DNA of 64,000 bases from an uncultured Chitinophaga sp. (GCA_966211525.1 CBIHOZ010000009.1:3901-67900), one strand, 5' to 3'; shown: positions 20,594 to 31,336, numbered from the stretch's first letter. The notes: generated from the letters alone by a model not told the origin. Made by a program: numbers and translations.

Positions 20594-21886
20594 TTACAAT
20601 TCAACGTTTTCATCACCCTCCTTGTAAGGAAGATATACAAGAATTAAGCTCAGCATCTCGTTCTTAGTTCCCATCAAGCCATCGGAGAAAACAATCTTGG
20701 GAGGCGAGTTCGGGTTACTAGGGTTTCGGGCAGTATTGTCATATACGCCCTCAACTGTCAGCACGGCACCCTTTGGAATTTTCATCAGCTTTTTAAATTT
20801 ATAAGCTTCCTGCCAATTGAAGTCCCATTCATTTATGCGAACCAATGGCACCGTGTCATGTGCTACAGTTGTATAGTATGCCGTAAATTTTTTGCCAATG
20901 AGGTGCATGTGTGGCCAGACGTACATTAACGACAGAGGCTCTACAATTTCCATCCGAATGTAAAATGTTTTTACTTCCTCAGGAAAGATCATGAGTGATG
21001 GTGTGATCTCGCCTATACCGCCTGAACCAATGCTTAGTGTACTGACAGCTCTTTCGACCGGAGTCTTTGAAAAGAACAATTTCAGGGAAGATCGTTCCGT
21101 TTTTCTTGCTGCAGATGGAGCATAGTGATTTGTTAAAACAATCACACCACGCTTCGGCAACTTGAAGCCCAGTCCTTTAGAGAAAGAAATCGGAGTTGCC
21201 CCAGGAACCCAACCGTTATAATATATCAAGTTTTTAGTGAGTTCACTTAGACGGTTAGTATATGCGGCAAGATTATTTGCATTTAAAGAAAGTGTATCGC
21301 GCGAAATATCCATAGAAGGGTCTACAGCGTAGATGCCAAAATTAGCATGATGAATAAGTTTTAAATTATCAGATATATACTCGATTGACTCAACACTTTG
21401 TTCCTTTTCAAATTCGAAAGGAATGATCGAAAGAATGAAATTTTCTTTCAGGTCGCCTTCGATTATAAATGGTTTATGAACACTTATAACCGCATCAGCA
21501 TTTCGCTGAGCAAGAGACTCGCTGCTTTTTATTTTTCTCTCACTCTTTCCTTCTTTACCCTGTGGTGCTCCGTCTTCTGCCCACTTTTTTATTTTTTCGA
21601 TCTCTTCATTTGTCAGGAGTTTTTCATTTGCAAATGATCGGTATGAATGGTCGGCTTTCCACGGGGGCATGTACCTTGTGCCTGTAACACGTTCAATCAT
21701 TGAAGCACGTTTTGCAACATCGTCATAAGTGAGAAGAGAAAACGGGGCAGCTGTTCCGGGTCTGTGGCAGGGAGCACAGCGCTGCTGAATAATAGGCGCG
21801 ATATGTTCAAAAAAGGTGATCTTCTTTTGTGCGTTGGCAAATCCGAACGATAACAAAAGCAGAATGACGCCTGATATTTTAATCAT
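20594..21886 (-). CDS. Secreted c-type heme plus copper type II (PHM/DBM-like) monooxygenase-fold protein
   Basis: Signal peptide; CAPCH at residues 37-41; IHHAN, TNHY, PHMHL and NEML match the order of PHM copper ligands. Confidence 0.72.
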   Translation of the reverse strand: MIKISGVILLLLSFGFANAQKKITFFEHIAPIIQQRCAPCHRPGTAAPFSLLTYDDVAKRASMIERVTGTRYMPPWKADHSYRSFANEKLLTNEEIEKIKKWAEDGAPQGKEGKSERKIKSSESLAQRNADAVISVHKPFIIEGDLKENFILSIIPFEFEKEQSVESIEYISDNLKLIHHANFGIYAVDPSMDISRDTLSLNANNLAAYTNRLSELTKNLIYYNGWVPGATPISFSKGLGFKLPKRGVIVLTNHYAPSAARKTERSSLKLFFSKTPVERAVSTLSIGSGGIGEITPSLMIFPEEVKTFYIRMEIVEPLSLMYVWPHMHLIGKKFTAYYTTVAHDTVPLVRINEWDFNWQEAYKFKKLMKIPKGAVLTVEGVYDNTARNPSNPNSPPKIVFSDGLMGTKNEMLSLILVYLPYKEGDENVEL

Positions 21887-21895
21887 GCCGGAAAT

Positions 21896-22447
21896 TTACC
21901 TGGATTTTTTTGTTGACGGATGTTGTATCACACACCCCACACTCTCAGTCTTTTTCACAACCGGAGATTGCCCCTCCAGCACAGCCTTAATGGCATCGAT
22001 CAGGTAATGTTCAGTGATGTGCTGGCGGTATTTGCCGAGATCAAAAAACCAGTTGTCGATAGCGCCCTGGTAATAGATGTGATTACGGTCGTTGATTAAA
22101 AAAACTTCGGGCGTTATTGTTGCGCGATACTTTTTTACCAGTTTATAATCAGCATCGGTCACAACGGGAAAATTAATCTGGTACTCGCTGATAAACTGGT
22201 CGATCTCTTCCTGTTTAATATTTCCGGGGACAACACCTTTTATGGAAACTTTGGTGTGGAAGAGGCTGTCAATGTGTTTTAACTCTCCGATATATTTCTG
22301 ACTTATCGGACAATCTGTTGCCAAGAAAACAACAGCTGTAAGCGGTTGAACAGCTTGTGTTGCTTTGCTATCCGTGCGCTGTGCCTTCACGTTGTAAGAC
22401 GCAACCACCCCGCATAACAAAGCAACAACAACCGCTAAATATTTCAC
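21896..22447 (-). CDS. Redoxin (AhpC/TSA-like thioredoxin fold) secreted protein
   Basis: TDCPIS, ATITPEVFL, YQGAIDN, GCVI motifs. Confidence 0.8.
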   Translation of the reverse strand: MKYLAVVVALLCGVVASYNVKAQRTDSKATQAVQPLTAVVFLATDCPISQKYIGELKHIDSLFHTKVSIKGVVPGNIKQEEIDQFISEYQINFPVVTDADYKLVKKYRATITPEVFLINDRNHIYYQGAIDNWFFDLGKYRQHITEHYLIDAIKAVLEGQSPVVKKTESVGCVIQHPSTKKSR

Positions 22448-22471
22448 TGAATTATATTTTTGCGTGGAATG

Positions 22472-22798
22472 CTATACGGCAAAACTTTCACCGCATCCGC
22501 AAGTGCGGCTTGCATTTGGATTGATGAACTGGAATCCTTTACCATTCAAGCCATCAGTAAAATCAAGCGTGGTGCCGAGCAGGTATAGCAAGCTCTTTTT
22601 ATCTACCAGAATCTTGATGCCTTTATCTTCGAACACCTGATCTGCAGGATTGATCTGATCATCAAAACCTAAATCATACATTAACCCTGAACATCCGCCA
22701 CCCTTCACGGAAACACGAACGTTGTGATTATCGGTTCTTCCTTCTTCTGTACGAAGCGCCACTAGTCTGGCTTTTGCTTTATCTGTTACCTGTATCAT
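22472..22798 (-). CDS. iscA: HesB/IscA iron-sulfur cluster assembly protein
   Basis: GGGCSG and CGCGESF motifs. Confidence 0.93.
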   Translation of the reverse strand: MIQVTDKAKARLVALRTEEGRTDNHNVRVSVKGGGCSGLMYDLGFDDQINPADQVFEDKGIKILVDKKSLLYLLGTTLDFTDGLNGKGFQFINPNASRTCGCGESFAV

Positions 22799-22967
22799 TT
22801 CGAAATAGGATTTAAGTCTGTTTAATAATTTCGTGATCGTCTGTTTACTACAATCACAAAAAATGCCGAAAATATGCTCTTTAAGTAGTTAATCTCTTAA
22901 AGTTTCAAAGGCTAAACTTCCGATTGTGACAAAAAGTTTCTTCTTTGAAACTACAAAGGTAACAATT

Positions 22968-23384
22968 ATGGAAAAACTGGAACACATTGGCGTAGCCGTT
23001 AAAAACATTGAACAAGCCAACAAATTATTTGCAGCCTTGCTGGGCCGCGAACACTACAAAATTGAAGAAGTGGCCTCGGAAGGTGTGCGAACTTCTTTCT
23101 TTGAACTTTCGGGCGTAAAGATCGAATTGCTGGAAGCAACACGTGAAGACTCGCCCATTGCAAAATTTATTGAAAAACGTGGAGAAGGAATTCACCACCT
23201 GGCATTTGAAGTAAAAAATATTGAAGAGGGAATTCAGAACTACCAGGCCAAAGGTTTCGAACTGATCAACCCGGTACCGAAAAAAGGAGCTGACAATAAA
23301 CGTATTTGCTTCCTCCACCCCAAGTCGACACAAGGCGTGCTCGTTGAACTATGTGAGGAAATCAAAGACACATCTGCAAAATAA
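22968..23384 (+). CDS. mce: Methylmalonyl-CoA epimerase
   Basis: LEHIGVAV, GEGIHHLAF, FLHPKST..VLVELC; start placed at ATG 22968. Confidence 0.92.
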   Translation: MEKLEHIGVAVKNIEQANKLFAALLGREHYKIEEVASEGVRTSFFELSGVKIELLEATREDSPIAKFIEKRGEGIHHLAFEVKNIEEGIQNYQAKGFELINPVPKKGADNKRICFLHPKSTQGVLVELCEEIKDTSAK

Positions 23385-23493
23385 AAAATGGAATCATTGT
23401 TATAAGCTGCTACAACCGCCTTTGATATTCAGGCATAATCTTACTTTTGCAGCATGAAGGAAGGCCTGTCTGCAGAAGTTTCTTTTTAAAGGT

Positions 23494-24540
23494 ATGAGCG
23501 AATCAAGATCAGAAATAAGTCAACTCGGTGAGTTTGGTCTCATCGATCGGATCAGTAAAAATTTTACACTTCAAAACCAGTCGTCTGTTAAAGGCATTGG
23601 CGATGATGCAGCTGTGATCGATGCGGGCGATGATTACCTGTTGATCTCAACCGATATGCTGGTAGAAGGCATTCACTTCGACCTGGCCTATATGCCGCTG
23701 CAACATTTAGGCTATAAAGCTGTAGCGGTAAATGTATCGGATATAGCGGCCATGAATGGCAAAGCCGAACAGATCACCGTGAGTCTTGCGCTCACCAATC
23801 GTTTCTCGGTTGAAGCTATTGATGCACTGTATCAAGGTATAAAGGCTGCATGCGATAACTATAAAGTTGATTTGGTAGGAGGCGATACAACTTCTTCGGT
23901 TGCCGGGCTGGTAATTTCGATCAGCGTTACCGGTCGTGTTAAAAAAGACCAGGTGGTATACAGAAGCGGTGCGAAGCCGAATGATATAGTCTGCGTAACG
24001 GGCGATCTGGGTGCTGCCTTCATGGGACTACAAGTATTGGTGCGCGAGAAAGAAGTATACGAAGCGGACCCAAGCATGCAACCCGATCTTGAAAAGTTTG
24101 AATACCTGGTGAGTCGCCAGTTAAAACCGGAAGCCCGTACTGAAATTATTTACGACCTGGAAGAGCGAGGTGTAAAACCTACTTCGATGATTGATGTATC
24201 GGACGGACTTGCGTCTGAACTTCTTCATATCGTTAAGAATTCAGGTGCCGGTATAAGAATCTTTGAAGATAAAATACCAATCGATCAACTTACGTTTGAG
24301 ACAGCGATAGAATTTAAACTCGATCCTATCACCTGTGCGTTGAACGGTGGCGAAGACTACGAATTACTTTTCACGATCGATCAAAACGATTACGAAAAAT
24401 TAAAGAACCATCCTGATATTCACAGCATCGGGTATATGCACGATAAGAAAGACCAGAATGTCATGATCAGTAAACAAGGTACAGTGGTACCGTTGCGTGC
24501 ACAAGGCTGGAATCACTTCACGAGTAATCCGCAGACTTAA
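23494..24540 (+). CDS. thiL: Thiamine-monophosphate kinase
   Basis: GIGDDAAV, TDMLVEGIHF, MIDVSDGL, GGEDYEL; TACTTTTG promoter element at 23442-23449. Confidence 0.95.
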   Translation: MSESRSEISQLGEFGLIDRISKNFTLQNQSSVKGIGDDAAVIDAGDDYLLISTDMLVEGIHFDLAYMPLQHLGYKAVAVNVSDIAAMNGKAEQITVSLALTNRFSVEAIDALYQGIKAACDNYKVDLVGGDTTSSVAGLVISISVTGRVKKDQVVYRSGAKPNDIVCVTGDLGAAFMGLQVLVREKEVYEADPSMQPDLEKFEYLVSRQLKPEARTEIIYDLEERGVKPTSMIDVSDGLASELLHIVKNSGAGIRIFEDKIPIDQLTFETAIEFKLDPITCALNGGEDYELLFTIDQNDYEKLKNHPDIHSIGYMHDKKDQNVMISKQGTVVPLRAQGWNHFTSNPQT

Positions 24541-24902
24541 TCTTCCGGATACGGTATAAATAAGAAGTTGGTGAATTCTTTGTCTACCACAAACAGACAG
24601 CAGAATTCATCCGGATTTTTATAAGCTTCCTGAAAAGGTTCTACTTTTTCTTTTTCAACAATACCACGCTGCAGAAATTCATCGAGGAACGAAGCGAAGT
24701 AATTCCAGTCCGTACCATTTTGTATCTGGTCAAAAAGTAATTGTCCTATAGGCTGAGCTTCCTTGCAGATAGGAAAGATCGGGTAATCAAAACCTGCTTT
24801 ACGGATCTGGTATGAAGCCTCACGCAACGCATCGGCCACACGTACAAAGTCCTGCGAAATAGTTCCCAGATATTTACCACTCAGCTCCGGATCGTTATGC
24901 AT
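24537..24902 (-). CDS. Conserved hypothetical protein
   Basis: 121-aa ORF with coding-like composition, convergent with thiL. Confidence 0.7.
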   Translation of the reverse strand: MHNDPELSGKYLGTISQDFVRVADALREASYQIRKAGFDYPIFPICKEAQPIGQLLFDQIQNGTDWNYFASFLDEFLQRGIVEKEKVEPFQEAYKNPDEFCCLFVVDKEFTNFLFIPYPED

Positions 24903-24953
24903 AATTGTTTTGAATTAGAAGACGCAAAAATAACACGGGTATACGGCATCAGT

Positions 24954-25541
24954 TCAGTAACTCTTTAAAAAATTCTCTGCGTGTTGTTTAAGTTCAGGGA
25001 AGAATAACTCAAACTCCGCTTTGAACTCATCGTAATACTTCTGCAGATCGATTGCGGCTTCATCCATACGCGATTCATACGGAGTTCTTCGCGACATACC
25101 CGTTAACGCCCGGTTAATACCTTCTATACGTGCATAGTGTACAAGCCAGTTACCGCGAATCATATAGGGCAACATTCGTTTTACACCATCGGGCAGCATG
25201 GCATCATGTGCTTCGATCGTGGCATAAGCGTGCTCGGCAAAATCAGGAAGTAAATCGCTATGATATTGGTCCCAGTATTTAGCGAGGTAGTGATCATAAA
25301 AAACATCTACAATAACACCTGCATAATGTCGATACCCCGGACGCAACCGGTCTTTACTCTGCTTTACAACGGCATGCTTATCGGTAAACTCATCAATGGC
25401 ACGATGCAGCTCTATACCTTTCACAATCGGTGTACTAAACTGCTGAAGCAGATTTCTGCCTTTAACAAAATCGCCAATGAAATTACCTACCATAACTTCA
25501 GGGTCGCTACCAGACAAATAAAGATGTGCAAGAAAGTTCAT
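24954..25541 (-). CDS. ACP phosphodiesterase-like (AcpH/DUF479)
   Basis: MNFLAHLYLS, GNFIGDFVKG, LHRAIDEFTD, VDVFYDHYLA. Confidence 0.88.
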   Translation of the reverse strand: MNFLAHLYLSGSDPEVMVGNFIGDFVKGRNLLQQFSTPIVKGIELHRAIDEFTDKHAVVKQSKDRLRPGYRHYAGVIVDVFYDHYLAKYWDQYHSDLLPDFAEHAYATIEAHDAMLPDGVKRMLPYMIRGNWLVHYARIEGINRALTGMSRRTPYESRMDEAAIDLQKYYDEFKAEFELFFPELKQHAENFLKSY

Positions 25542-25662
25542 TGCCTATAAAGGTATTGGTATTTATATTAAGTTTAAGATGATTTATTTAGTGCCGGCAT
25601 TATACCACCAAGTAGTATGCCCGACTAAATATTACATTTTTTGATTAACGATTATTCCCCCA

Positions 25663-26061
25663 ATGGCCGTACTAAACCAAATGAAATTACTGATCAGTCT
25701 GGCGCAGATCGATGGCAAGGTTGCCGAACGTGAACAATACTATATCATTAACATTGGCCGGGCCAACGGTTTTTATCCGGACGAAATCAAACCGCTGTTC
25801 GATCAGCAACACAAACTTACCATACCCGAGAATCTCACGGCAGATCAAAAATTCAATTATATAGTGAGCCTCGTACAGTTGATGAAGATTGATGAGCGCA
25901 TGTATAAAGAAGAAATTATGTTCTGCTCAAAAATTGCCGTGAACCTTGGCTACGATCAGGGCGTGATGTTCGATTTGATGCTGCACGTAAAAGCCGGAGA
26001 TATGAGTGAATCAGAATTACGCGAGCTTAGAAATATAACCGATAAACATTTGTCACAATAA
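25663..26061 (+). CDS. TerB-family protein
   Basis: LAQIDGKVAEREQ and MKIDERMYKEE repeats resemble the TerB acidic motifs. Confidence 0.7.
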   Translation: MAVLNQMKLLISLAQIDGKVAEREQYYIINIGRANGFYPDEIKPLFDQQHKLTIPENLTADQKFNYIVSLVQLMKIDERMYKEEIMFCSKIAVNLGYDQGVMFDLMLHVKAGDMSESELRELRNITDKHLSQ

Positions 26062-26090
26062 ATCCTGACCCCAACCCAACCTCATTAACC

Positions 26091-27368
26091 ATGAAAAAGC
26101 TTTGTATCATTTTGTGTGCCGCATGTATAGTCTTTAGTGCTGCTGCACAACGAACGGTTATCCACTGTGGCAACCTCATTGATGGAAAAGCAAACGATGT
26201 GCAGCCACAGATGACGATCGTTGTTGAAGGCAACAAGATCATTTCCATTGAAAAGGGATTTACCAAACCGGGTAGTTCTGACAAGCTGATAGACCTCAGC
26301 AAGAAAACTGTTTTACCGGGACTGGTCGACATGCACGTGCACCTGGAAGGTGAAACCAATAAAGATCAGAACCTTCAGCGCTTTACATTGAATGATGCAG
26401 ATATAGCTTTCCGCTCAACGGTATTTGCAAAGAAGACTTTGCTTGCAGGCTTTACAACGGTGCGCGACCTCGGCGGTTCGGGAGTAAATATAGCATTGCG
26501 CAATGCGATCAATCAGGGGTTGGTTGTGGGACCAAGAATATTTACTGCTGGTAAATCTATAGCAACTACAGGAGGACATGCAGATCCGACAAACGGTTAT
26601 CGTAAGGACCTGATGGGAGACCCGGGACCAAAGGAAGGTGTTGTAAATGGTGTTGAAGATGCGAGACAAGCTGTGAGACAACGCTATAAGGATGGCTCTG
26701 ACATGATCAAGATCACGGCAACCGGCGGTGTATTGAGTATAGCTAAAGATGGAAGCAATCCTCAGTTTACCGATGAAGAATTGAAAGCCATTATCGAAAC
26801 TGCAAAAGACTATAACATGCATACTGCGGCACACGCGCATGGAGCTGAAGGTATGAAGCGCGCAGTACTTGCCGGTATAACAACGATCGAGCACGGCACA
26901 AAAATGACAGACGAGGTTATGGATCTGATGATACAAAAAGGAACCTACTTTGTGCCCACTATATCGGCCGGTAAATTTGTAGCGGAGCAGGCAAAGGTCC
27001 CGGGATATTATCATCCACTGGTTGTACCGAAAGCTTTGGAAATTGGTCCGCAGATACAACAGACTTTTAGCAAAGCCTATAAACGCGGTGTAAAAATTGC
27101 CTTTGGTACAGACGCGGGTGTATTTCCGCATGGAGATAATGGAAAAGAATTTACCTATATGGTGGAGGCTGGTATGCCTGCGATGGAGGCTATAAAATCG
27201 GCTACAGTTGTACCCGCTGGTATATTAGGTGTTTCTGATAAGATCGGAACGCTGGAAGCAGGAAAGTTTGCAGATATAGTAGCCACCGATGAAAATCCGT
27301 TGAAGAACATCAAGACGATGGAGAAGGTAAGTTTCGTGATGAAAGAAGGTGTGGTATATAAACCGTAA
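26091..27368 (+). CDS. Secreted metal-dependent amidohydrolase (Xaa-Pro dipeptidase-like)
   Basis: PGLVDMHVH, GFTTVRDLG, AAHAHG, TIEHG, FGTDAG. Confidence 0.88.
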   Translation: MKKLCIILCAACIVFSAAAQRTVIHCGNLIDGKANDVQPQMTIVVEGNKIISIEKGFTKPGSSDKLIDLSKKTVLPGLVDMHVHLEGETNKDQNLQRFTLNDADIAFRSTVFAKKTLLAGFTTVRDLGGSGVNIALRNAINQGLVVGPRIFTAGKSIATTGGHADPTNGYRKDLMGDPGPKEGVVNGVEDARQAVRQRYKDGSDMIKITATGGVLSIAKDGSNPQFTDEELKAIIETAKDYNMHTAAHAHGAEGMKRAVLAGITTIEHGTKMTDEVMDLMIQKGTYFVPTISAGKFVAEQAKVPGYYHPLVVPKALEIGPQIQQTFSKAYKRGVKIAFGTDAGVFPHGDNGKEFTYMVEAGMPAMEAIKSATVVPAGILGVSDKIGTLEAGKFADIVATDENPLKNIKTMEKVSFVMKEGVVYKP

Positions 27369-27785
27369 TCAGTCTACGGTAGCAATACATTTCAACTCAA
27401 TAGCGATGGGGGTAGGCAGCGCGTTTACCTCCACCGTTGTGCGGCACGGTTGATTCTCTTTAAAGTACGATGCATATATCTTGTTAAACACCGGAAAATC
27501 CTTTTTCATGTTAGTGAGGAACACGGTTATATCTACAAGATTCTCCCAACGCGAACCTGACGACTCCAATATCAACTTCACATTCTCAAACACTGCGTGA
27601 CATTGCTCTTCAATGTTATAGCGCACTATATTTCCTTCCTCATCCAGTGTAACGCCAGGTATATCTTTCGATCCTTTTTTACGAGGTCCTACACCGGAAA
27701 GAAAAAGCAGGTTACCTACTTTCTTCGCATGCGGGTATGCCCCAACGGGCTCGGGAGCTTTGTCGCTATGTATACTCTCTTGCAT
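27369..27785 (-). CDS. RidA/YjgF family deaminase (2-aminomuconate deaminase-like)
   Basis: GAYPHA, FLSGVGP, PCRTTVEV..LPTPIAIELK. Confidence 0.85.
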   Translation of the reverse strand: MQESIHSDKAPEPVGAYPHAKKVGNLLFLSGVGPRKKGSKDIPGVTLDEEGNIVRYNIEEQCHAVFENVKLILESSGSRWENLVDITVFLTNMKKDFPVFNKIYASYFKENQPCRTTVEVNALPTPIAIELKCIATVD

Positions 27786-27791
27786 AACGGT

Positions 27792-28598
27792 CTACTCTAT
27801 GCCAAATACCAAACTTCCCGTATAACTTCTCCAATCGGCTTGCCCGTCCTTAGACGGAACCATATATATTACCTGTACCATCCACATGCCTTTACTGCTG
27901 ATGCGTGTTTCCATGGTTCCGTTTTGCTCGGTATATATATTCTGTAATGTGGTGAGTCCTTCTTTGCGATTCCATACTTTAACACGGGCACCGAACAACG
28001 GCTTTTTATTCCCCAGAATTTTAAAGCGGATGTTATCTCCGAGCTTCAGAGAATATGGATTTTGTTCGGGGACTATTTCGATCGGAAAGCCCACGGCTAT
28101 TTTATACCCATCGTCTTTTTTGGCGCCTACCTGTACTAACAGCTTGGTATATTTTGCACTGGATTCTTTACCAGGTTTACCCGACGCACCGGCCTTTTCA
28201 CGGGCTGCATACGCATCGTCAAGACCGTTTTCCTTCAGGTATGTATTAAATTTCCCGGCTTCCAATTCGGTAAATGCAAAAGACGTTTGCATCGCCAACA
28301 CATGTGTGCCCTCTTCCTTCAACTCAATATCAAGATGATCTTTCTTTCCTTCTACAACGGTGGGTTTCAGATAAGACACTCCGGCTAGCCGATGATGCTC
28401 AAGCTTCTCGATAGACGCTTTTTTTATTTCTACCGGCTCACCCATAAAATTTTCGCCACTAACAAAATTTATCTTCGCCTTTTCTCCCAGGGAGTAAATA
28501 AACTTCAGCGGTTGCATCCAGAATTCCTGTGCTGCCACAGCCGATACAACCATCATCAGTAACACCAATGTAGCATAGCGTTTATTCACTCTCTTCAT
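27792..28598 (-). CDS. DUF4198-like periplasmic protein
   Basis: Signal peptide, AQEFWMQP, YTKLLVQVG, IEIVPEQNPY. Confidence 0.7.
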   Translation of the reverse strand: MKRVNKRYATLVLLMMVVSAVAAQEFWMQPLKFIYSLGEKAKINFVSGENFMGEPVEIKKASIEKLEHHRLAGVSYLKPTVVEGKKDHLDIELKEEGTHVLAMQTSFAFTELEAGKFNTYLKENGLDDAYAAREKAGASGKPGKESSAKYTKLLVQVGAKKDDGYKIAVGFPIEIVPEQNPYSLKLGDNIRFKILGNKKPLFGARVKVWNRKEGLTTLQNIYTEQNGTMETRISSKGMWMVQVIYMVPSKDGQADWRSYTGSLVFGIE

Positions 28599-28606
28599 AG
28601 GGCAAT

Positions 28607-29908
28607 CTATATTTTGCTGTTCATGATCTCTTCAATCTCTTCAACTTCTACCGGAATGTTTTGCATCAAATCATGTACACCGTTCTTTTCAATCACCACA
28701 TTATTCTCAATGCGAATTCCGAAACCTTCTTCCCGTATATATATACCGGGCTCCACCGTCCAAACCTGCCCCACCTGCATTTTGTGATACATGCTGCCTA
28801 CATCGTGCACATCCAGTCCGAGCTGGTGGCCGGTGCCGTGCATAAAATACTTCATGAATAAAGGCTTGTCTTTATCCTGGTTCTTAACATCTTTCTTATC
28901 GAGCAACTTCAGACCTATCAATTCACTCTCCGTTATCTTCTGTATCTCTTTGTGATAGTCGTAATATTTTTCACCCGGTCTTAACATCTTAAACGCTGCA
29001 CGTTGCACACGCAGTACAGCATTGTATACATCTTTCTGACGCTGCGTAAATTTTCCGTTAACAGGAATAGTGCGTGTAAGGTCAGCGTTGTAATTGGCAT
29101 ACTCTGCTCCTACATCCAACAATAATACATCACCATCTTTACAAGGCTTGTTGTTCTCGATATAGTGCAACACACAGGAGTTGGCACCCGATGCTATAAT
29201 CGGCTCATACGCAAAACCGCGTGAACCATGGCGTAAAAATTCGTGCGCAAACTCTGCCTCTATTTCATATTCAATTACACCGGGCTTTACAAACTTCAAC
29301 ACACGTCTGAAAGCTTTTTCCGTTATATCACACGCACGTTGTAATTGATCAAGTTCATATTTCGATTTTATACTCCGCAGGCGATGCATAATCGGAGCCA
29401 GACGTTCATAACGATGCAACGGATATTTATCCTGACACCATTTAACAAAGCGGGCTTCACGCGATTCAACCGCTACATCTGCACGGTAGTGATCGTTGGT
29501 ATTGAGGTATACATGTTCAACATCGCCCATTACCATCAGCATGTTGAAGATCTTTGCAAAGTCTGACATCCAAATGACAGTTTCAATACCCGTTTGCTCG
29601 CGCGCCTCGTCTTTGGTGAGCTTGTGCCCTTCCCACACGGAAATCAGTTCACTTGTCTCACGCAGAAAAAGTATCTCCCTGTATTTCTTATCCGGAAAAT
29701 CAGGACAGAGTACCAGGATCGTTTCTTCCTGATCAACACCGGTGAGATAGAACAGATCGCTGTTCTGGCGGAAACGCATCGTGCCATCCGAGTTCGTTGG
29801 CATAATGTCATTTGCATTCACTACAACCAGTGAATTGGACTTTAACTCCTTCACTAAATTTTTACGGTTTGTTTCAAAGAGTTCTTTGTTGATGCTTTTG
29901 TATCTCAT
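28607..29908 (-). CDS. Xaa-Pro aminopeptidase (M24B)
   Basis: FRQNSDLFYLTG, DVGAEY..Y.ADLTRT, HGTGHQLGLDVHD, TVEPGIY. Confidence 0.92.
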   Translation of the reverse strand: MRYKSINKELFETNRKNLVKELKSNSLVVVNANDIMPTNSDGTMRFRQNSDLFYLTGVDQEETILVLCPDFPDKKYREILFLRETSELISVWEGHKLTKDEAREQTGIETVIWMSDFAKIFNMLMVMGDVEHVYLNTNDHYRADVAVESREARFVKWCQDKYPLHRYERLAPIMHRLRSIKSKYELDQLQRACDITEKAFRRVLKFVKPGVIEYEIEAEFAHEFLRHGSRGFAYEPIIASGANSCVLHYIENNKPCKDGDVLLLDVGAEYANYNADLTRTIPVNGKFTQRQKDVYNAVLRVQRAAFKMLRPGEKYYDYHKEIQKITESELIGLKLLDKKDVKNQDKDKPLFMKYFMHGTGHQLGLDVHDVGSMYHKMQVGQVWTVEPGIYIREEGFGIRIENNVVIEKNGVHDLMQNIPVEVEEIEEIMNSKI

Positions 29909-29970
29909 AGTGTATTTATTACTTTCACTTACTCTAGTCAGGAGTACGCGTGCAATTTAACCAAAACTCT

Positions 29971-31284
29971 ATGAAGCTGACCAACCCATTTTACAAGACT
30001 GTTATTCTTTTTGTGATGATCACAACGGTGGCGTATACGCAAGGCAAATATGAACCGACACCTGAAAATAAAAAGAACCGCGAGTGGTTTCAGGATGCCA
30101 GGTTCGGGCTATTTATCCACTGGGGTGTATATAGTGTATTAGGCGATGGCGAATGGGTAATGAACCAGCAACAGATTCCGATCAAGATGTATGAAAAAAT
30201 TCCGGCATTCTTTAATCCCACCGAGTTCGATGCCAGGGCCTGGGTACAAATGGCAAAAGCAGCCGGCATGAAATATATAACCATTACCAGTAAACATCAC
30301 GATGGGTTTGCCATGTGGGATAGTAAAGTATCAGACTATAATATCGTAAAGCGAACACCGTATGGTAAAGATGTATTGAAGATGCTGGCTGACGAATGCC
30401 ATAAGGAAGGTATAAAACTGTTCTTCTACCACTCGCAACTCGACTGGCATCATCCGGACTATTTTCCGAGAGGAAATACAGGAGGCAACTGGACCGGTCG
30501 CCCGGAAAATGGTGAGTGGTATAAATACCTGGACTATATGGACGCTCAACTGACGGAGTTGTTAACCAACTATGGAGAGGTGGCCGGTATATGGTTCGAT
30601 GGTATGTGGGACAAGAAGGATGCTGACTGGCGTTTAAACAAAACGTATTCACTCATTCATAAACTTCAGCCGGGTGCACTGGTCGGCAGTAACCACCACG
30701 TTGCACCCTTCGATGGTGAAGATTTCCAAATGTTTGAAAAAGATCTTCCCGGTCACAACACAACTGGTTTTTCACCTGAACAAAAAATAGGTGATCTCCC
30801 GAAAGAAACATGTGAGACAATCAATTACTCCTGGGGATTTAACCTGAAAGATCAAAGTCATAAAAGCCGTAAAGACCTGATTCAATACCTGGTAAAAGCA
30901 GCTGGCTACAATGCCAATTTTCTGTTAAACGTTGGTCCGATGCCCAATGGTAAAATTCAGGATGAACACATCGCGAGACTGAAAGAGATGGGCGAATGGC
31001 TTACGGCCAATGGTGAAACGATTTACGGAACGCGAGGCGGACCGTTAACTGCGCGCGACTGGGGCGTAAGCACACAAAAAGGAAATAAAGTATATATACA
31101 TATTCTCGATTGGCAAGACGAATCGCTGGTGATACCATCATGGGGAAAAAAGATAAAATCAGCGAAGCTCTTTAAAGACAAAAGTGCCGTTAAGTTTATT
31201 GAGAATGATTTTGGTATTACCCTGAAAGTGCCCAAAGCCAAACTTGATGAAGTAGACACAATTGTTGAGCTGGAGCTTAAGTAA
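29971..31284 (+). CDS. Alpha-L-fucosidase (GH29)
   Basis: FGLFIHWG, SKHHDGF, IWFDG, NFLLNVGP; start placed at ATG 29971. Confidence 0.92.
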   Translation: MKLTNPFYKTVILFVMITTVAYTQGKYEPTPENKKNREWFQDARFGLFIHWGVYSVLGDGEWVMNQQQIPIKMYEKIPAFFNPTEFDARAWVQMAKAAGMKYITITSKHHDGFAMWDSKVSDYNIVKRTPYGKDVLKMLADECHKEGIKLFFYHSQLDWHHPDYFPRGNTGGNWTGRPENGEWYKYLDYMDAQLTELLTNYGEVAGIWFDGMWDKKDADWRLNKTYSLIHKLQPGALVGSNHHVAPFDGEDFQMFEKDLPGHNTTGFSPEQKIGDLPKETCETINYSWGFNLKDQSHKSRKDLIQYLVKAAGYNANFLLNVGPMPNGKIQDEHIARLKEMGEWLTANGETIYGTRGGPLTARDWGVSTQKGNKVYIHILDWQDESLVIPSWGKKIKSAKLFKDKSAVKFIENDFGITLKVPKAKLDEVDTIVELELK

Positions 31285-31336
31285 AAAATATATGCTTACA
31301 ACGGCATGGCTATCTAATCCATAACGTCAGCAGCAT

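Noticed and set aside
26415-27131. 238-aa ORF-track entry overlapping the amidohydrolase, and similar overlapping ORFs throughout the window
   Set aside because: They lie in alternative frames or antisense to well-supported genes and show no recognisable motifs.
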